64,000 nucleotides of DNA. Source: Pavona decussata (Eukaryota). The stretch covers positions 186,001 through 250,000 of the forward strand of contig CDRNST010000099.1 in NCBI GenBank assembly GCA_977016875.1, written 5' to 3'. The translations under genes and the position numbers were made by a program. Every line of letters begins with the position of its first letter. Positions within the stretch are counted from its first letter, which is position 1. The notes under the pieces were generated by a model. It worked only from the letters and a program-made list of their open reading frames with translations. It was not told the DNA's origin and made no database searches. Positions 12,925 through 25,982 of the stretch are shown piece after piece.

Positions 12925-13670
12925 GCCCCAGCTCCTGGAAAGCCGATTAGCACTAATCGAGGATTAAATCGCCTTAACCCAGGAATAAAATTTATCTTTC
13001 GATTAGTTTTTGTTCCTGAAAGCCCAATTAGTACTATCCAAGGGATAAACTAAGGGTTATAATTAACACACCTAGCAAGTTTGATTAACTCACTAATCGG
13101 GGAATAAAGTTGATCAATGTTTGTCAAAACAAACGAAATGGTAGACTTAGTAATCCCAGTAATTCCTCCAAAAATACGCAAAAGAAGTTTACATCAGCAC
13201 GAAATTTTTTTGACGTTTCAGACGAGGAACTTTAAAGCAGATACCGATTTGGTCGAGGTTCTATTGAGTTTTACACGGCAATCCTTTAAAACAATCTGCA
13301 GCGACAGACAAAGAGAAGCCATGTCGCTGATGCTACAAATTCTTGTAGCGTTGCCTTTCTTTTTGAGCTGCATCTTTCTACAACTCATCGGTGACATTGT
13401 TGGCCTCCCGAAATCCTCCGTCTCAAGGGCGGTAAAAGTTGTGTCGCTTGCGCTGGCCCAGAGGTAGAATGAATTCATTTTGTGGCCGTCTCCCGACGAA
13501 CTGCGAGAAGTCAAGCGAGGGTTTTATGACAAGGGAGGGTTCCCTGGTGTACTTGGTTGCGTTGACGGGACCCATGTGAGGATTCACGCACTGTGCACAA
13601 ACGAAAACGACTTTGTAAATCGGAAAGGATTTCACTCAATCAATGTACAAGCAGGGTGCAAACATATAGG
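12925..13670 (+). pseudogene. Harbinger terminus + HARBI1-like transposase exon 1 (decayed)
   Basis: GGCCCCAGCTCC...AAGCCGATTAG terminus, then QLIGDIVGLPKSSVSRAV...GFPGVLGCVDGTHVRIHA...FVNRKGFHSINVQAGC followed by a donor; in-frame stop at 13465. Confidence 0.85.
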
Positions 13671-14412
13671 TAGGTAACACAAAGTGAAATAAATGAATCA
13701 TTTATGCTAACATTGTACATATTTCCAAAGTAGGAAAATTTTCAACCAGGGAGAGGGGGTGGTGGTGCAAGCGATCTTTTGAGAAGTTGGATAAGGTTAC
13801 AAAGTTTCTTTTAAAAGCATTTTTTTCCTCATATGGAGTTGTATGAACAGACACCTCTCGTCTATATTATCTTTGTCGTGTAATTCGCTTGGAATCCCGT
13901 CTTACCAGAGAACAGCCTCCCTGAGAACAAATCTAAACCCAACACCTGGCCAGATGTCCAATACGCAAACCTTGCAACGGCCGAGCTTCTCCTCTGGCTC
14001 GAGAAAAGTGCAACCATCATCATGGAAGAACTCGGTTGTAGTAGTGGATGTGGGGTATCTGTAAAATGCGGACCAGATGGCAGCGGGTGGCGGATGGGAA
14101 AATGCGGATGACAAAATAAAATAAAATAAATAAATTAAAAAAATGAAAAAACGAAATAAAATATAAAGTATAAATATACAGATTAACAAGAAGAAAAAAA
14201 ACTTGAATGGAAAATGACAACAACAATTAACAAAGGACTAACGTTACCCGAAAAAACCACCAGTAAACAAAGAACGGCGCTGGGAAATCAAGTAGGGTTT
14301 GTTCTGCTTCACAGCTACCATGAGCCATCAGGAAACCTTCCTTTTCGTTTGCAAGCTAGCACTCTTGCAGGGAACAAAATAAGTCAGGTTTAAATATGCA
14401 GCTTCCAATAAA

Positions 14413-14497
14413 GCGAATTTCACTTTTTCACATAAAAAGTATACAATCGACGCATTATGAAGAGTATATAAGGAAGCCAGAAAAGGCAACTAATTCC

Positions 14498-14537
<40 letters not shown>

Positions 14538-14667
14538 CAAAACTCAACTATGCATATGTAGGTGGCTTTATCGACGTAGGTGGCGAATTTCACTTTTTCA
14601 CATAAAAAGTATACAATCGAAGCATTATGAAGAGTATATAAGGAAGCCAGAAAAGGCAACTAATTCC

Positions 14668-14722
<55 letters not shown>

Positions 14723-14761
14723 CCAAACTCAACTATGCATATGTAGGTGGCTTTATCGACG
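14413..14761 (+). repeat. Tandem duplication of a ~170-bp unit, each copy with an (AAT)n microsatellite (13 vs 18 units)
   Basis: GCGAATTTCACTTTTTCACATAAAAAG...GGCTTTATCGACGT appears twice. Confidence 0.95.
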
Positions 14762-16750
14762 TGGCATCTGCCACAAAAAATCTGCCTCAATTGCGCACAT
14801 GATTGTTTGGCCAGAATGTTACTGTTATCAAAATTTTATCTACCCATTGTTAAAAATATTTTCCCACATGTTTCGCATTTAAAGTGTAAGGCCCACTTAA
14901 CGCGGGGGAAAGACCTAGTTAGGGCGCTCAGGGTAAGACATTTGCAGGAAAAATAACAGACGAATGTATGGAAACATACGAAAAGCCACAGAACGTTTTT
15001 CCTTGTACAGAACGTTTTCTTGTTTCCTCAAATTTTCTGGCACGGCTGATCCCTCAAATTTAGAATTCGTTACCTTCCTATCTTTTGCATAATATTAACA
15101 ACGAGGCAACTATTTTCGCTAACATTTGAAACATTATCCGAAAACTCAGTTGGAAAAAAGCACTTCTAAACTTCCCTGCGAGACAACCACAAAATGATAT
15201 TAACCTGAGCCATCGTGGCTCCAACAAACCGGTGCGTGCGTGGACTTCTCTTCCTCACATGTATATTTTGACGCCGTTAATTTGGTTGGCTGGTTGGAAT
15301 GACGTGAAATTAAAATAAAAAAATGTTCCCGGTTACTATGAAACGATTTATTACGTTTTGTTAACGATTGGACTGACATCAGAAGCGCAAAAATGCTTCA
15401 AGCCAAAAGGTAGGGGGGGGGGGGGGTGGGTGATAGGAATTTGTTGCACTCGATTAGTATGAGTGGGTGAGAGAAGGGAAATCAATGTGAGTGCGCGCTT
15501 CATAGTGCCAAGATAACGCAGTTTGGGCAGGGGCTATGGTACGATCATCTACACAAAAAAAATCTGAAAAAGTGGTATTTTAGTGAGGGAATTTTTATCC
15601 TCACTTATCTCTTCTTTTATAGGTTCGCCTGATTTTAGAATATTAAAAAGCTTTGAATTTACTTTTCCAGTTTCCTTACTATTGTATAGTTTTGTTTTTT
15701 ATAATTCTCGCAGCGAGTTACCCGAGCTTTGTTTTTAATGCTCTGCGTTTTAGTATACCTTTTTAATGATCCTACATCATATATGCTTGTCCAAACGTGA
15801 CAGCATCTCAACTGAACAATTTAACAATTAACTAAAGAAGGTTAGTAGTCAGAATACTATAACCCACTGCGATATTTAGACGACGATACTTCATGATATG
15901 GACCCCTAATTGTATGGAAATAAATTTCGCATTCAAAATTCTGGCCAAGTGCCACATACGAAAAATATGTTTTCTTCTACGTCCGTAAAATATAATGAAT
16001 TATTCACATTGCTTTTTGGAGGGTAGACAAAGAAAAAGCTGGAGTTTATTCTTACTGGTGAAAATATAATCTTACTAGTCAAGAAGTGTTTACAAGAAAA
16101 TAAAATTAAACTTATCAGTCATACCCCAACCTTCGATTAAGCAGCCTGTAATGTTATAAGAAGAACCAGTTGTCAAAGTGATAAAAATTTCTGATCAACA
16201 GGAGCTAAGAGACATGTGGTATGTTTAGAACAAGAACGCTTGTCTTTGCCATTATCTGAAATCACACTAACATATTTTATAACATAGCTAGTAAATTTGT
16301 GTAATCAAATTCAATTGCGCGACCATGCTTCATATTCCCATTGTGCACGCTGAAGACGTCAAACAGCACCTTTGTTTTTCTTTCTTGTATTCAATCAGAC
16401 ATTAAAGTTTATTTACACGCATGAAGTCACCTGTCAGGTTTTTACAAATCTGAGATGAGATCGTTGAAGCGTAGATAATGTTTTTCTGAAACAAAATAAA
16501 CAACGCGCTGAAGCGTAGCAGAGGGAATTTCCTTTATTCAACATCTAAACTACCGTGTTGAAAACCTTATAAGACAATTGGTTCAGGCGTCAGCGTGAGT
16601 TCATCAAGATATGAAGCGTGCGGGAAGTTTGGAGTGCAAGAAAGATGTGTAAGAATTGCGGCAACTTTAGCTTCTTGAGTAATTATCAGGTTAATAGATC
16701 CATGCATATGAATACAAAAGCTAAACGTCTATAAATTCTCTTTAAAACAG

Positions 16751-17088
16751 TTGCCGATGATTCACAGGAACGACCCTCAGCGCAAGACCCACTCCTTGAC
16801 AAGAGGAACCAGAAAAAGGAAACTGACATTGGAGAAGAGAAAAAGGAAACCAGCCAAAAAAAACGAAAACTGTCCAAACAGGCTGTGTACGAAAACACGT
16901 TTGCCGATATAAAAAGCTACCAAAAAGAGGAAAATGAAAAATTTCTAAAAATGATTGAAGAGCATGGTAAAGAAGATGTTTATCTCAGAAAGCAGGAGCT
17001 TCAAACTTACACAGATTCAATGGCTCTGTTGGCCAGTGCTATTTCTGGTCAGAATACTGCCCGTACTCAGCAGCAGTTTGTTTACTGA
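16751..17088 (+). pseudogene. Terminal exon of a probable Harbinger accessory (Myb/SANT-type) gene
   Basis: Acceptor AAAACAG, then KKRKLSK and a coiled-coil-like EKFLKMIEEHGKEDVYLRKQEL...MALLASAI. It converges on the Harbinger transposase at 25.2-26.0 kb once the Kolobok is removed. Confidence 0.45.
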
Positions 17089-18225
17089 TTAAGAGAACAG
17101 CAAAACCCTCTTCAGGTTGTGAAATCAGGTTGTCAAGCTTCTTTAAATCTTTGTTGAAAAGTTGTGTTAAGGACAAGTTCTATGTACAAGGATTCTACCA
17201 ACTTCACAACAGTTACAATTTGTGTATGGTCTAAAACATTCAGGTTGTGAGAGAAGACTGAACGTTCCTTAACCTGTGAACCTTCCTCTCTAGCTATACG
17301 TTGGGTCATTAATTTCAAGGAATGTTTATTGAAAAGCTGTTTTAAGGAAACTTTTTATGTAGAATGACTTTACGTACTTCACAGCAGTTACACTCGTTCA
17401 TTTATTAAGGTGCTACCGGAGGCTAAAATCGGCAAATTTTGTATAAATTTGTGGATAAAATATTTACTGTAGGATTTGTTGAAATGACCTGAAATTTTCG
17501 CATGAAATATATCATTATATATGTAATTCGGATTTTTTATTTTTATTTCGATTAGTTTCATGGAATTTGTGGAATGTGAAGAATTAAGGGGTGTGGTCAA
17601 AAACTATATTTTGCAGTAAATGTTCTCTTAATTCTCACCAATTTAATATTACTCAAAATGAAGAAACATGTGCATAAAGATCACAATAATAAAGATTTTC
17701 AGCGCAGTCTGCCAAAAAATATTTAATTGTGACAATTTTATCCCCCAAAACTGAAAAAATGTTTATGTCTTAATTCCTCGCCTTGTCGTTTGAAAAATTT
17801 TTGGCGGACCAAGGCGGACTACGCTGTAAATTTTCGTCGTCGTATATTCTTTGGCTCTGCCGAGTTTCGTTTCAAAATAATAAATATTCTTGGAGATAAT
17901 GCTGTTGCAGTAGGATGACATTATGTAGCTGCGCCGATTAATTAGCGAAAAGGAGCAAAATCTTTCGTAGAATTCGTCTGAAAACCAAATTTTGCTTTCG
18001 TTGCTTTGGTCGCCATCTTGTGTAAGCCAGTTATACTTGGGTACAGCGGTTAAACGCAAAAGAGGTCGATAAAAATGGTCATGATCGCCATATACGTCTT
18101 GCTATTTTTCCCGCGAAACCAATCAGAACTCGAGACCATAAACATTGACACCTTTCCCTGGCAACGGCACCTATATTCCTGCGGTGTCGAATGATTCACG
18201 CACGCACGCTGCGCCTTCGCTAGAG

Positions 18226-21200
18226 ATGGACAAACAACATGAGAGTAGAGGTTTAGGCGAAGGTTCTAGGCTCTCTTTCGACTTGGAGAAATTAAAATCG
18301 CTAGGCTGGGAAGTAAAAAGAAGAGAATCTAGGTCGTCCGGAACCACGAAGGTAAATTTCAGTTACAAAACGCCAGACGGAAAAACCCTGAAATCGGCAA
18401 AAGATGTGGAAAAGTTCCTACGAGAAACCGGAGTATTTTTTCAAGTTGCCGTGGAATCAGATGAAAGAATTCCAGAAGCAAGTTCATCTGCAGTTTCTTC
18501 CGTTTGTGAAGATCCGGATTTTCAGCCTCCTAATGCCAAGGTTCTGAAAAAATCTACATCTAATAATAAGCGGTAGGTGTATTGAAGTTCTTCCATCTAT
18601 CGCGATTTCTCTGCGAACATTATAGCAGATTATAGACTCGCTATGGTTCCCCACTCAATGAAGACTTTACTTGAGTTGCTTCTAATAATTTTACATTTTC
18701 CCCACAGAATAGCTGTTCAAGAGGGTATCTTTGTGGGAATGACATCGAGCATCGTTATGCTTGTTGAAGATTTCAACCGATACTTTTGTTGTCCGTCAAA
18801 CAATCGAACCTGCAAAGGTGAGTGTTCAATATTCTTTGTTTTTGTTTTAATTTCGAGATGTTTGGTTGCCAGAAATGTGGTCCATGATACCGAAGGAAAG
18901 TAGTTGCCTGTAAAATGTCCATAGCAATATGGCAGAAAAGTCCTGTGACGACCAAATTGTTTGCATCTGTTATGCTCCAATTTCTATCTATAAAGTTACC
19001 GACGCCTAAAGCTAGCATATTGTGCCGAAATGTGTGACTTTTTAATATTCGGCTGAGGCTACATATCAGTTTTTGCCAAGTCCATTTATTTATGTGTTTG
19101 TATTAAAGCAAGTAACAAGCGAATACTCTTTACTACTTTCCTTTTGCCAACCAGGAGAAGTGGATGTGTTCGCCTTGTAGCAGTTACCCCAGGCCCATCC
19201 TCACTCTTCTTCCATTTAAAAATAACTATTTAGCTGGGCCCAGTTGTTCAAAAGCTGTATGATTTTATCCAGTAGATAACACTATCCAAGGTGTAAAATC
19301 TACTTCAAGTTAAAAAATGCATTTACAAAGGTTTTGTTACATTCCCATAATAAATATTATTATTCACATTACCTACTTATTGACTGAGTGAGAGGGCAGG
19401 ACATATTTTTCCCGGTGTGCACCCTGACCAAGGGCCAAATATTTTCCCAACCGACCTGACCTAAACCCAGTCAATAAGCATTTTATCATATGACCTCATT
19501 TAAGAAAAAAATAAGACTTTCTGGCTGTTGGAAAAAAAAAGTTTGTTTCAACTCTCATCCCACAGGGCCGGACGGCTTTTTCCAGCCCTTTTACATCATC
19601 GCAAATGGCCCTCGCATGGTAACCTAATGAATACTTTTGCAATAAGTGCACTTGTGGTACCATATAGGTCATATGAAAAAGTGTGTATATTCATTCTAAT
19701 TCACTGGATACAGTTATCTAGCCTTGAAAAACTGGGACTTGGTCAGGGCTTTTTTTGTGTGGTATAGTTCAACAGAAATGGATCTTCATAAGTTTGGCGC
19801 ACAAGGTATTAAAGGGGAAGTATCAGGGGGTTTTTGATAGCTTTTGTTAAAAATGCTGAAACAAGACCTTCAATCAGCTGCCAAATAATTCTAGAATGAC
19901 GAGAGGAACGAAATCAACTCAATTCTTGAAAGAAACAATTTTTGGAAACAAAAATGCGAGAACTTGAAAAACATTAGCCTAATATTTTTCAAGTTTCAAT
20001 CCAGACCGGCCAGTTTTATTGCACTGGGGTGATAATTTTTAAAAAAACTTGACAATTATTTCGTTGTTTCTGCTGACAGTCAAACATTTTTGGGTTTTGA
20101 AATGACAGCAAATTCTCGTGATACTTGCCCTTTAAACCCTTTTTGGTTTTGTGATATCAAGAGTGATGAGGTCAAGGTAAGAGTACAGCTTTGGCTGATA
20201 ACTCTTACCGAGTATCTCAAAAGCAAAATGTAATTATATAATATTAAGACCTTGCTTATAATTTGCATTAGGAAAACTTGTCCTTGTGGCCAGTGAAAAG
20301 AAAGGACTTGGTGGAGCCATGAAGTTCCTGTTTAGTTGCAATGGCTGTTGGCAGGAATCCATACATTACCAGAGTAGCCAGCTTGCCCTAGAGTCACGAC
20401 GTCATCTGGTGTCCTTAGCCCTATCCTTAGCTTTTTTTATAAGTGGCCATGGGTACGCATCATATAGAAAAACCTTAGGAAGGGGTTTGGGCTTGGGCAT
20501 TTTATCTGATAAGCCATTTCTAGAAGTTATCGATCTTGCTTTCCCTCACATCAAGGAAATCCTTGATGAGATGTGTGAGGAGGAAAAGGAACACATGAAA
20601 GCCCTTCCACCGACTCAGTTGGGGAGTTGGTCTCGAGGAGTAACAACATGTGATGGGTGTTGGCAGATCAGGGGCCATTTTAGTCAAAACTGTACATCTG
20701 TTATAAAAAATTATTTGACAGGGGGTCTCCTTTACTATGGGCATTTATCAATGAGAGGGGCAGATACAATTTGTAATGAAGAGTTATGGGAGGGTACATC
20801 AAAGGCTGCAGAGGGACATTTGGCACAGGTTTTGTGGGCAAAAGCAAAAGAAGAAGGGTTTAACGTTGAGGTTAATTGGCAGGATACTGACTCATCGTCA
20901 GCAAAAGGATTTCGTTAGCATATTCAAATGAGCAAGAATCGAGGATCATGTTGTGTGGGGGGCATGTAGGGAGGGCTCATGGGAAGAAGCTCTTGGATCT
21001 TCAGACCAAAAGTTCTTTTAGTAGGGCGTTTATTGACAGGCATAAGAAGGATCACCCCCATATGGACAAACTGAAGTGTTGCTGTTCTGGGAAGAAGCAT
21101 ACATATGTCGCCACACGAAACAAGCCTGCGTGTGGTTGCATAAGCCCAGCTTTCATCCAAAGTGCAAAGCGCAACCATTATTGTGCTTTAGTTCAGGCTG

Positions 21201-22627
21201 GACAAGATCCAGATAAATACAGGGATACAATGTTGTGCTTGGGGAAGTACCATTCCCGAGACATACACGAATGGGAGGGTGGTTGCTGCCAATTTCATCC
21301 TTTAAAGAAGTGTAGCTGCAAGAAATGTCAAATTGATGAAGAGGGGTTTTGTGAGGAGTTAAAGTGCCCTGGGGAAACTTATCATTCTGCCCATGTCTTA
21401 AAGTGTGAGTTTCATGCTCTGTGTTATGAAATAGAATGTTCTGCTAGGGCCTCTGAGGCAGAAAAGGTGATTGATCCTGGGTTGGAAAAGGGCCACTCTA
21501 ACCTGCCAGAATCAACATTTAGTGTCCTTACTAAGTTTAGGGCTAAGGACGTGAATCTTCACCAGAAGCACTACTCTGCTTCAACAAATTTGGGCCTCAT
21601 TCAGGCAGGCATGACGTGGTGTTTTAAGAAGAAAGGACCCAACTACCACTGGATCGTGGATTTATATTCCAGATTGGGATTGCCATTACTTGATGGCATC
21701 CAAGAAATGGTACGTCTCCTTATTCGTTTACATCCTTTAAATTTAAATTGAATATGTGTAATAGATTTATATGAATATGCAAAAGTTAACATTACCAGAC
21801 CCCTTCTCCTCTTCACATACAGACAATTAATTCTATTTTAGAGGAAAACATTTTCCCCTTGCCTTAGTGAAATCCACCAGCAAAAACTGTAGCTAATTAT
21901 CTTTGAATATCTCTCTGCAGTGTATGCATGATAATGAAGAAAGAATGAAACGACTTGAAAGAAAGAGGAGTGAAGAGGGAAAAAAGAAGCGGGTTCAGTT
22001 GAAAATCAACAGGACTGAGGAGCAAGCACTAAGGTACAGGGAGAACCATTTGAACTATACATTTGATCTAAGAAGGTTATTGGCAACTAAACGATTGGTC
22101 AAGTAAATGCCTCTATTATTCCCTTGCTAAATTGGAGGGAATGTGGTAAACTTAAATTCTTTTGTTTCCCCAATTTGAGGGAGTATTCTCTTTCTAAGTT
22201 TGTCAAATGTTTGATTACAAGCAACCTTTCTTCCCCAACAAGACTAATTCATGATCCTGATCTTCTCAAGGCTCAACTGGCTTAGTCTAAATAATTTATT
22301 GTGTAGTAACTGAAACATAATACATCTTTCTTTTGGCTGAAGTACATTTGTGGTTTTTATTCCAGAAAGAAGTATGTAAAGAACTGTCAAATAAGACATA
22401 CATATGGTAATGAAGATGAAGATGATGCATGTACTGAAGAGGATGCCCTGCTACTGACAGAATCAGCTATTGCTGATGGAACTGCAAGACCTCCTCCAGC
22501 GTTAGCACCGGTACCTGTGCCTGAAGGAGCTACCCTGGAAGTAGGAGGAAAGTCCTGTAAATGGTGTGGCAGCAGAACACATTCCAGAAAGAGTCACAGA
22601 GACTGCCCCTTTAACAAGAATGTGTAG
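18226..22627 (+). CDS. Kolobok DDE transposase with N-terminal MBD-like domain and C-terminal CCHC knuckle; 5 exons; one 1-bp frameshift
   Basis: Exons 18226-18572, 18708-18817, 20272-21709, 21921-22033 and 22366-22627 splice in phase with GT-AG. Motifs: CDGCWQIRGHFSQN, GTSKAAEG, WQDTDSSS, CGGHVGR, GHSNLPES, and a C-terminal CKWCGSRTHSRKSHRDC. The only lesion seen is a 1-nt deletion at ~20917. About 756 aa if repaired. Confidence 0.85.
19236..19737. mobile_element. Harbinger-type MITE (GGCCCAGTTGTTC end) with a probable nested insertion, in transposase intron 2
   Basis: CTGGGCCCAGTTGTTCAAAAG at the left; degenerate TTGAAAAACTGGGAC at the right. Confidence 0.5.
19813..20131. mobile_element. 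Kolobok-type MITE inside the Kolobok intron
   Basis: TTAA|AGGGGAAGTATCA ... TGATACTTGCCCT|TTAA. Confidence 0.75.
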
Positions 22628-23606
22628 TGGCCATCATTATAAACTGAGGTGTTATTATCAAATAATTTTTATTGCAAAGGAATGCTGCATTATGCCATCC
22701 TAGACCCCCCCCCCTCCACCAATAAATGTTTCTGAGCCAGTAATAAGTTACTTATGCATGCAAATACTAGCAGTGAAAATAGATGCTAGTTTTTCGATTT
22801 CTTTACCATAGGGGAATACCAAAAAAAATAATGAGGTACTGCATGATTTGATGCAAGGTGTATTTTTCAGTACTTGTCTGTCTAAATATCACGCAATTGA
22901 TTTGCCTACACATTTTTTTTCGCTCAGGGTTGTGAAAGCAAACAATAGAATAACACAAATGGCTTTCACTAACATCTTTTTTATTGTATGCCATATTCTG
23001 AATATTACAGTTTGTTGTGATCAGCTCTTTCTTATTGGTTCACAAGTTGTTTCATGGTTTGAAATCATCCAGATAAATAAAATACAGATAAAGTTTCTAA
23101 TAATTGTAATAGTATTAGTAAGACTTGCTTTAGATCAATGTTAGCTAAAATTTGCGTTTTGGTTGTTTAAAAAGTTGGTGAAGGAAAAACTAAGAAACAG
23201 ACAAACACTTTTTGCACAGGTTTTAAGCTTTTTCACTCCCAAACTATGTGAAAGTAGCAAATCAAGAAAATTTATGTTTCAGAGTAGTAACAATGTCAGT
23301 ACCATGTTATATAGGTCCTGTTCAAAAACGTTTCTTCTAGAAGTAAGCGATTGTCATCCGAGACAAATAACTCTTCTATGTTGCCTGTCTCCATAAATGA
23401 CTTTGGGAGTGAAAGAGCATTTATGTATATATTGTATAACAATAAATTAATGTAAATAGTTGATTTGGACTCAGGTAAAAAAGAAAAATATATTTTTAAG
23501 TTGCTTTGTAAATAGATACATTTTTTTACATGACTATTTTTCCCTTGATCACAAATCATTAATTATTATAATAAAACATCACTAAATTGTTACATTCTAA
23601 TTATCA

Positions 23607-24859
23607 TTACTTTGCCTTGCTTCCAGGCCATTTGGATTGGTACAAGTCACTGATAGTGACATGGTACACCTGGTTGAAAAAAAGATGCAGAAAATATGGT
23701 TGGAAAAAAGATTATAAAAAAAAAGAACTTTCACTACTACTCGTCACACATACCCATGAAAGACTATTACAGAGGGAAAAATCAGTATAAAAAAACTTAC
23801 TGCAGATCCTTTGGGGTCTGGGTAGTCAGCCAGCTCCCCACCAATAGCTTCTCGCACTGCCGCCTTGAGGCAAGGTGGATAGACATAGGTGGGGAGTGTC
23901 TTTCCTCTAAATTCCCCTTTCCCTATGCTGTTTCCAAACTGTAGAAAAAAACAAGAAGACAATATTTTGGAAGGGTTTACAAGACATTAGGATTCTAGTA
24001 TAATTTTTCCAGATCAGAGAAATAGGTTCCAGGACTGATCAGAAAAAAATGTCTTCACGTTACTCAGTTCTGCTTGTTGAATTCGCAGGGCGTATGTAGG
24101 GGGGTCCTGGGGTGCCTGAGAACCCCTTCCACCCCCCCCCCCCCCCTGTCAGAGTCAACGACCTACAAACCATATTATTCAGGCGGCGAAAAACGCACGG
24201 ATCTGAAGAATCAACATGCATAAATCTTTTCCAGTGCTGAATACTCCATTTGCCAGTCCTTCTCGCCACATGAATACTAGCGCGCTTAGAACAGTTATAC
24301 AAGGCTTGTCCCTCCCCAACGCTCAATGCCCATTTGAAAAATTGTCACTTTTTAAAACAAAGCGTGGATGTCGACATGACAATCTGGCAAGTACCCTGGG
24401 TGCGACACATTGTGACCCCCCCACCACCACCACTTTTCAAAAATCCTAGGTACGCGCCTGTTTGGTAAATAATTTTTTTTTGACCACGTGTTATTGAAGC
24501 ATGTTCGCGTAAAAAATCTTATGGCGGTGTATTCAACAAAGCAATCGTTTCCTTCAAAATTATGCAGTAATTTACAATAGTAAAGAGATAATTTGACGAT
24601 ACTTACCCACAATATGCCAAAAATACGGCAAAGAAGCCGATGCCTGCAATCTTCGCGGCTTTCACCTGGCTTTGGCTTGGCGCGCCGTAAAACGTTCGCT
24701 AAACCAGGCGGTGTTCCATCAAATCTATGTCAAAAATTGCGAGCATTTTCTATTAAACCGAAGCTTAACAAGGAATTCAATTTGAAGAAAGAAATCAGAA
24801 ACTCTCACATACCCGTTCTGACGAAATGCTTCGCCGAGTCTTGCAATGACTTCCTCCAT
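23607..24859 (-). CDS. KolX-like accessory protein, 4 exons, intact 121-aa ORF
   Basis: Exons 24859-24813, 24724-24607, 23938-23801 and 23669-23607 give MEEVIARLGEAFRQNGFDGTPPGLANVLRRAKPKPGESREDCRHRLLCRIFGILWFGNSIGKGEFRGKTLPTYVYPPCLKAAVREAIGGELADYPDPKGSAVYHVTISDLYQSKWPGSKAK*. The GKG..R..LP..C...R...P.P.G.Y pattern resembles KolX. Confidence 0.7.
24086..24460. mobile_element. hAT-like MITE in KolX intron 2
   Basis: Loosely inverted ends CAGGGCGTATGTAGG ... CCTAGGTACGCGCCTG. Confidence 0.5.
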
Positions 24860-25212
24860 ACTCTAGTCGGCTGTCTCGCGAGAAAGAGGGATTTGATATC
24901 CGAGAACCGTGGTTTATTTAACCATCAAAGGGTGTATTGAGTTTCATAACAATGATCTACTTGTTGACATGTCTGTCAGCAAAATAATCTTTAGGGATTT
25001 CTACATCTGCCCGAAACCACATACAGCGCAGCATGTTGCCTTTATTTTTCGCGCGAAAGGGCCCTTAGATACAAAACTTTCGTCGTTTATATCTCGGAAA
25101 CGCGCTGCTGCCCAGACTTTAAATTTAGCATGCAGGCTTATTTTGTTATATTCTGCGAGGCCGCAAAAAATTAACACAATCTGAGACACTAAGGTTAGCC
25201 TCCGGTACCACC

Positions 25213-25982
25213 TTAAAATGCTTGTCTAATTTCTTGCAATGTTGAATCTGCCGGGATTGCAGCACTGGCAGTACTTTCATTTTCATAGTCATCATTTACA
25301 TGCATCTCACACTCCTCCTGAAAATCATCTCCTCTTGTCTCACAAATATTATGTAGAACACAACATGCAGCAATCTTGACAGGCAAATATTTCAATGTAG
25401 TATCATTTCTCTTGAGGAGGCAGCGAAAACGACCCTTTAAACGCCCCAAGGCTCCCTCCACCACCATTCTGGCACTGCTCAGAATTAAATTGAAGTGTTG
25501 TTGTCCCATGTTCAACTCCCCACTGCCTGGAAAACCCTTCATTAGCCATCATAACAAAGGGATAAGCGGCATCCCCAATGATCACTAAGGGAATATTACA
25601 TCCACGAACGTCCTTTGTCCACTAGACAGGATAGAAATTGCGATAATATTATGTTAAAGTAAGAGGTACAAAATATCAAAGGCACAAATATTACAAATAT
25701 TTCTTCTGCATTTTTGGAAGTCCTTGAATACGTTTCTCAAACTCATTACTAACTAATGAAGTTTATGGCTCCCATGAGACACTCGCCCTTGTTGAACTGT
25801 TACTTAAATAATTAATAATAAATTATGTGGTTAAATAACATCAAGGTAAAGTGAATATATGGCACTCACATCTGGAAAGAGTTCTCCCTGTTGGCCCTTT
25901 GTATACAACCCTGAATTGCTGAAGACGCGTGCGTCATGTACTCGTCCTGGCCATTACAGAAATGATGCAATGTCTGTAGTCA
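25213..25982 (-). pseudogene. HARBI1-like Harbinger transposase, last two exons, abutting the Kolobok insertion
   Basis: Exon ~25982-25870 has WPGRVHDARVFSNSGLY. Exon 25621-25213 has IIGDAAYP...FNLILSSARMVVEGALGRLKGRFRCL...AACCVLHNIC. Frameshifts present. Confidence 0.9.

Larger units (their letters stand above)
17409..25212 (+). mobile_element. Full-length Kolobok DNA transposon (7804 bp)
   Basis: TTAA at 17405-08 and 25213-16. TIRs GGTGCTACCGGAGGCTAA / TTAGCCTCCGGTACCACC (17/18 identical). Contains convergent transposase and KolX-like genes. Confidence 0.9.

Noticed and set aside
14396-14790. Poly-N / poly-I ORFs
   Set aside because: Translations of (AAT)n microsatellites.
13130-25982. 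The two HARBI1-like pieces as one gene
   Set aside because: They lie on opposite strands and on different sides of the MULE boundary, so they are separate elements.
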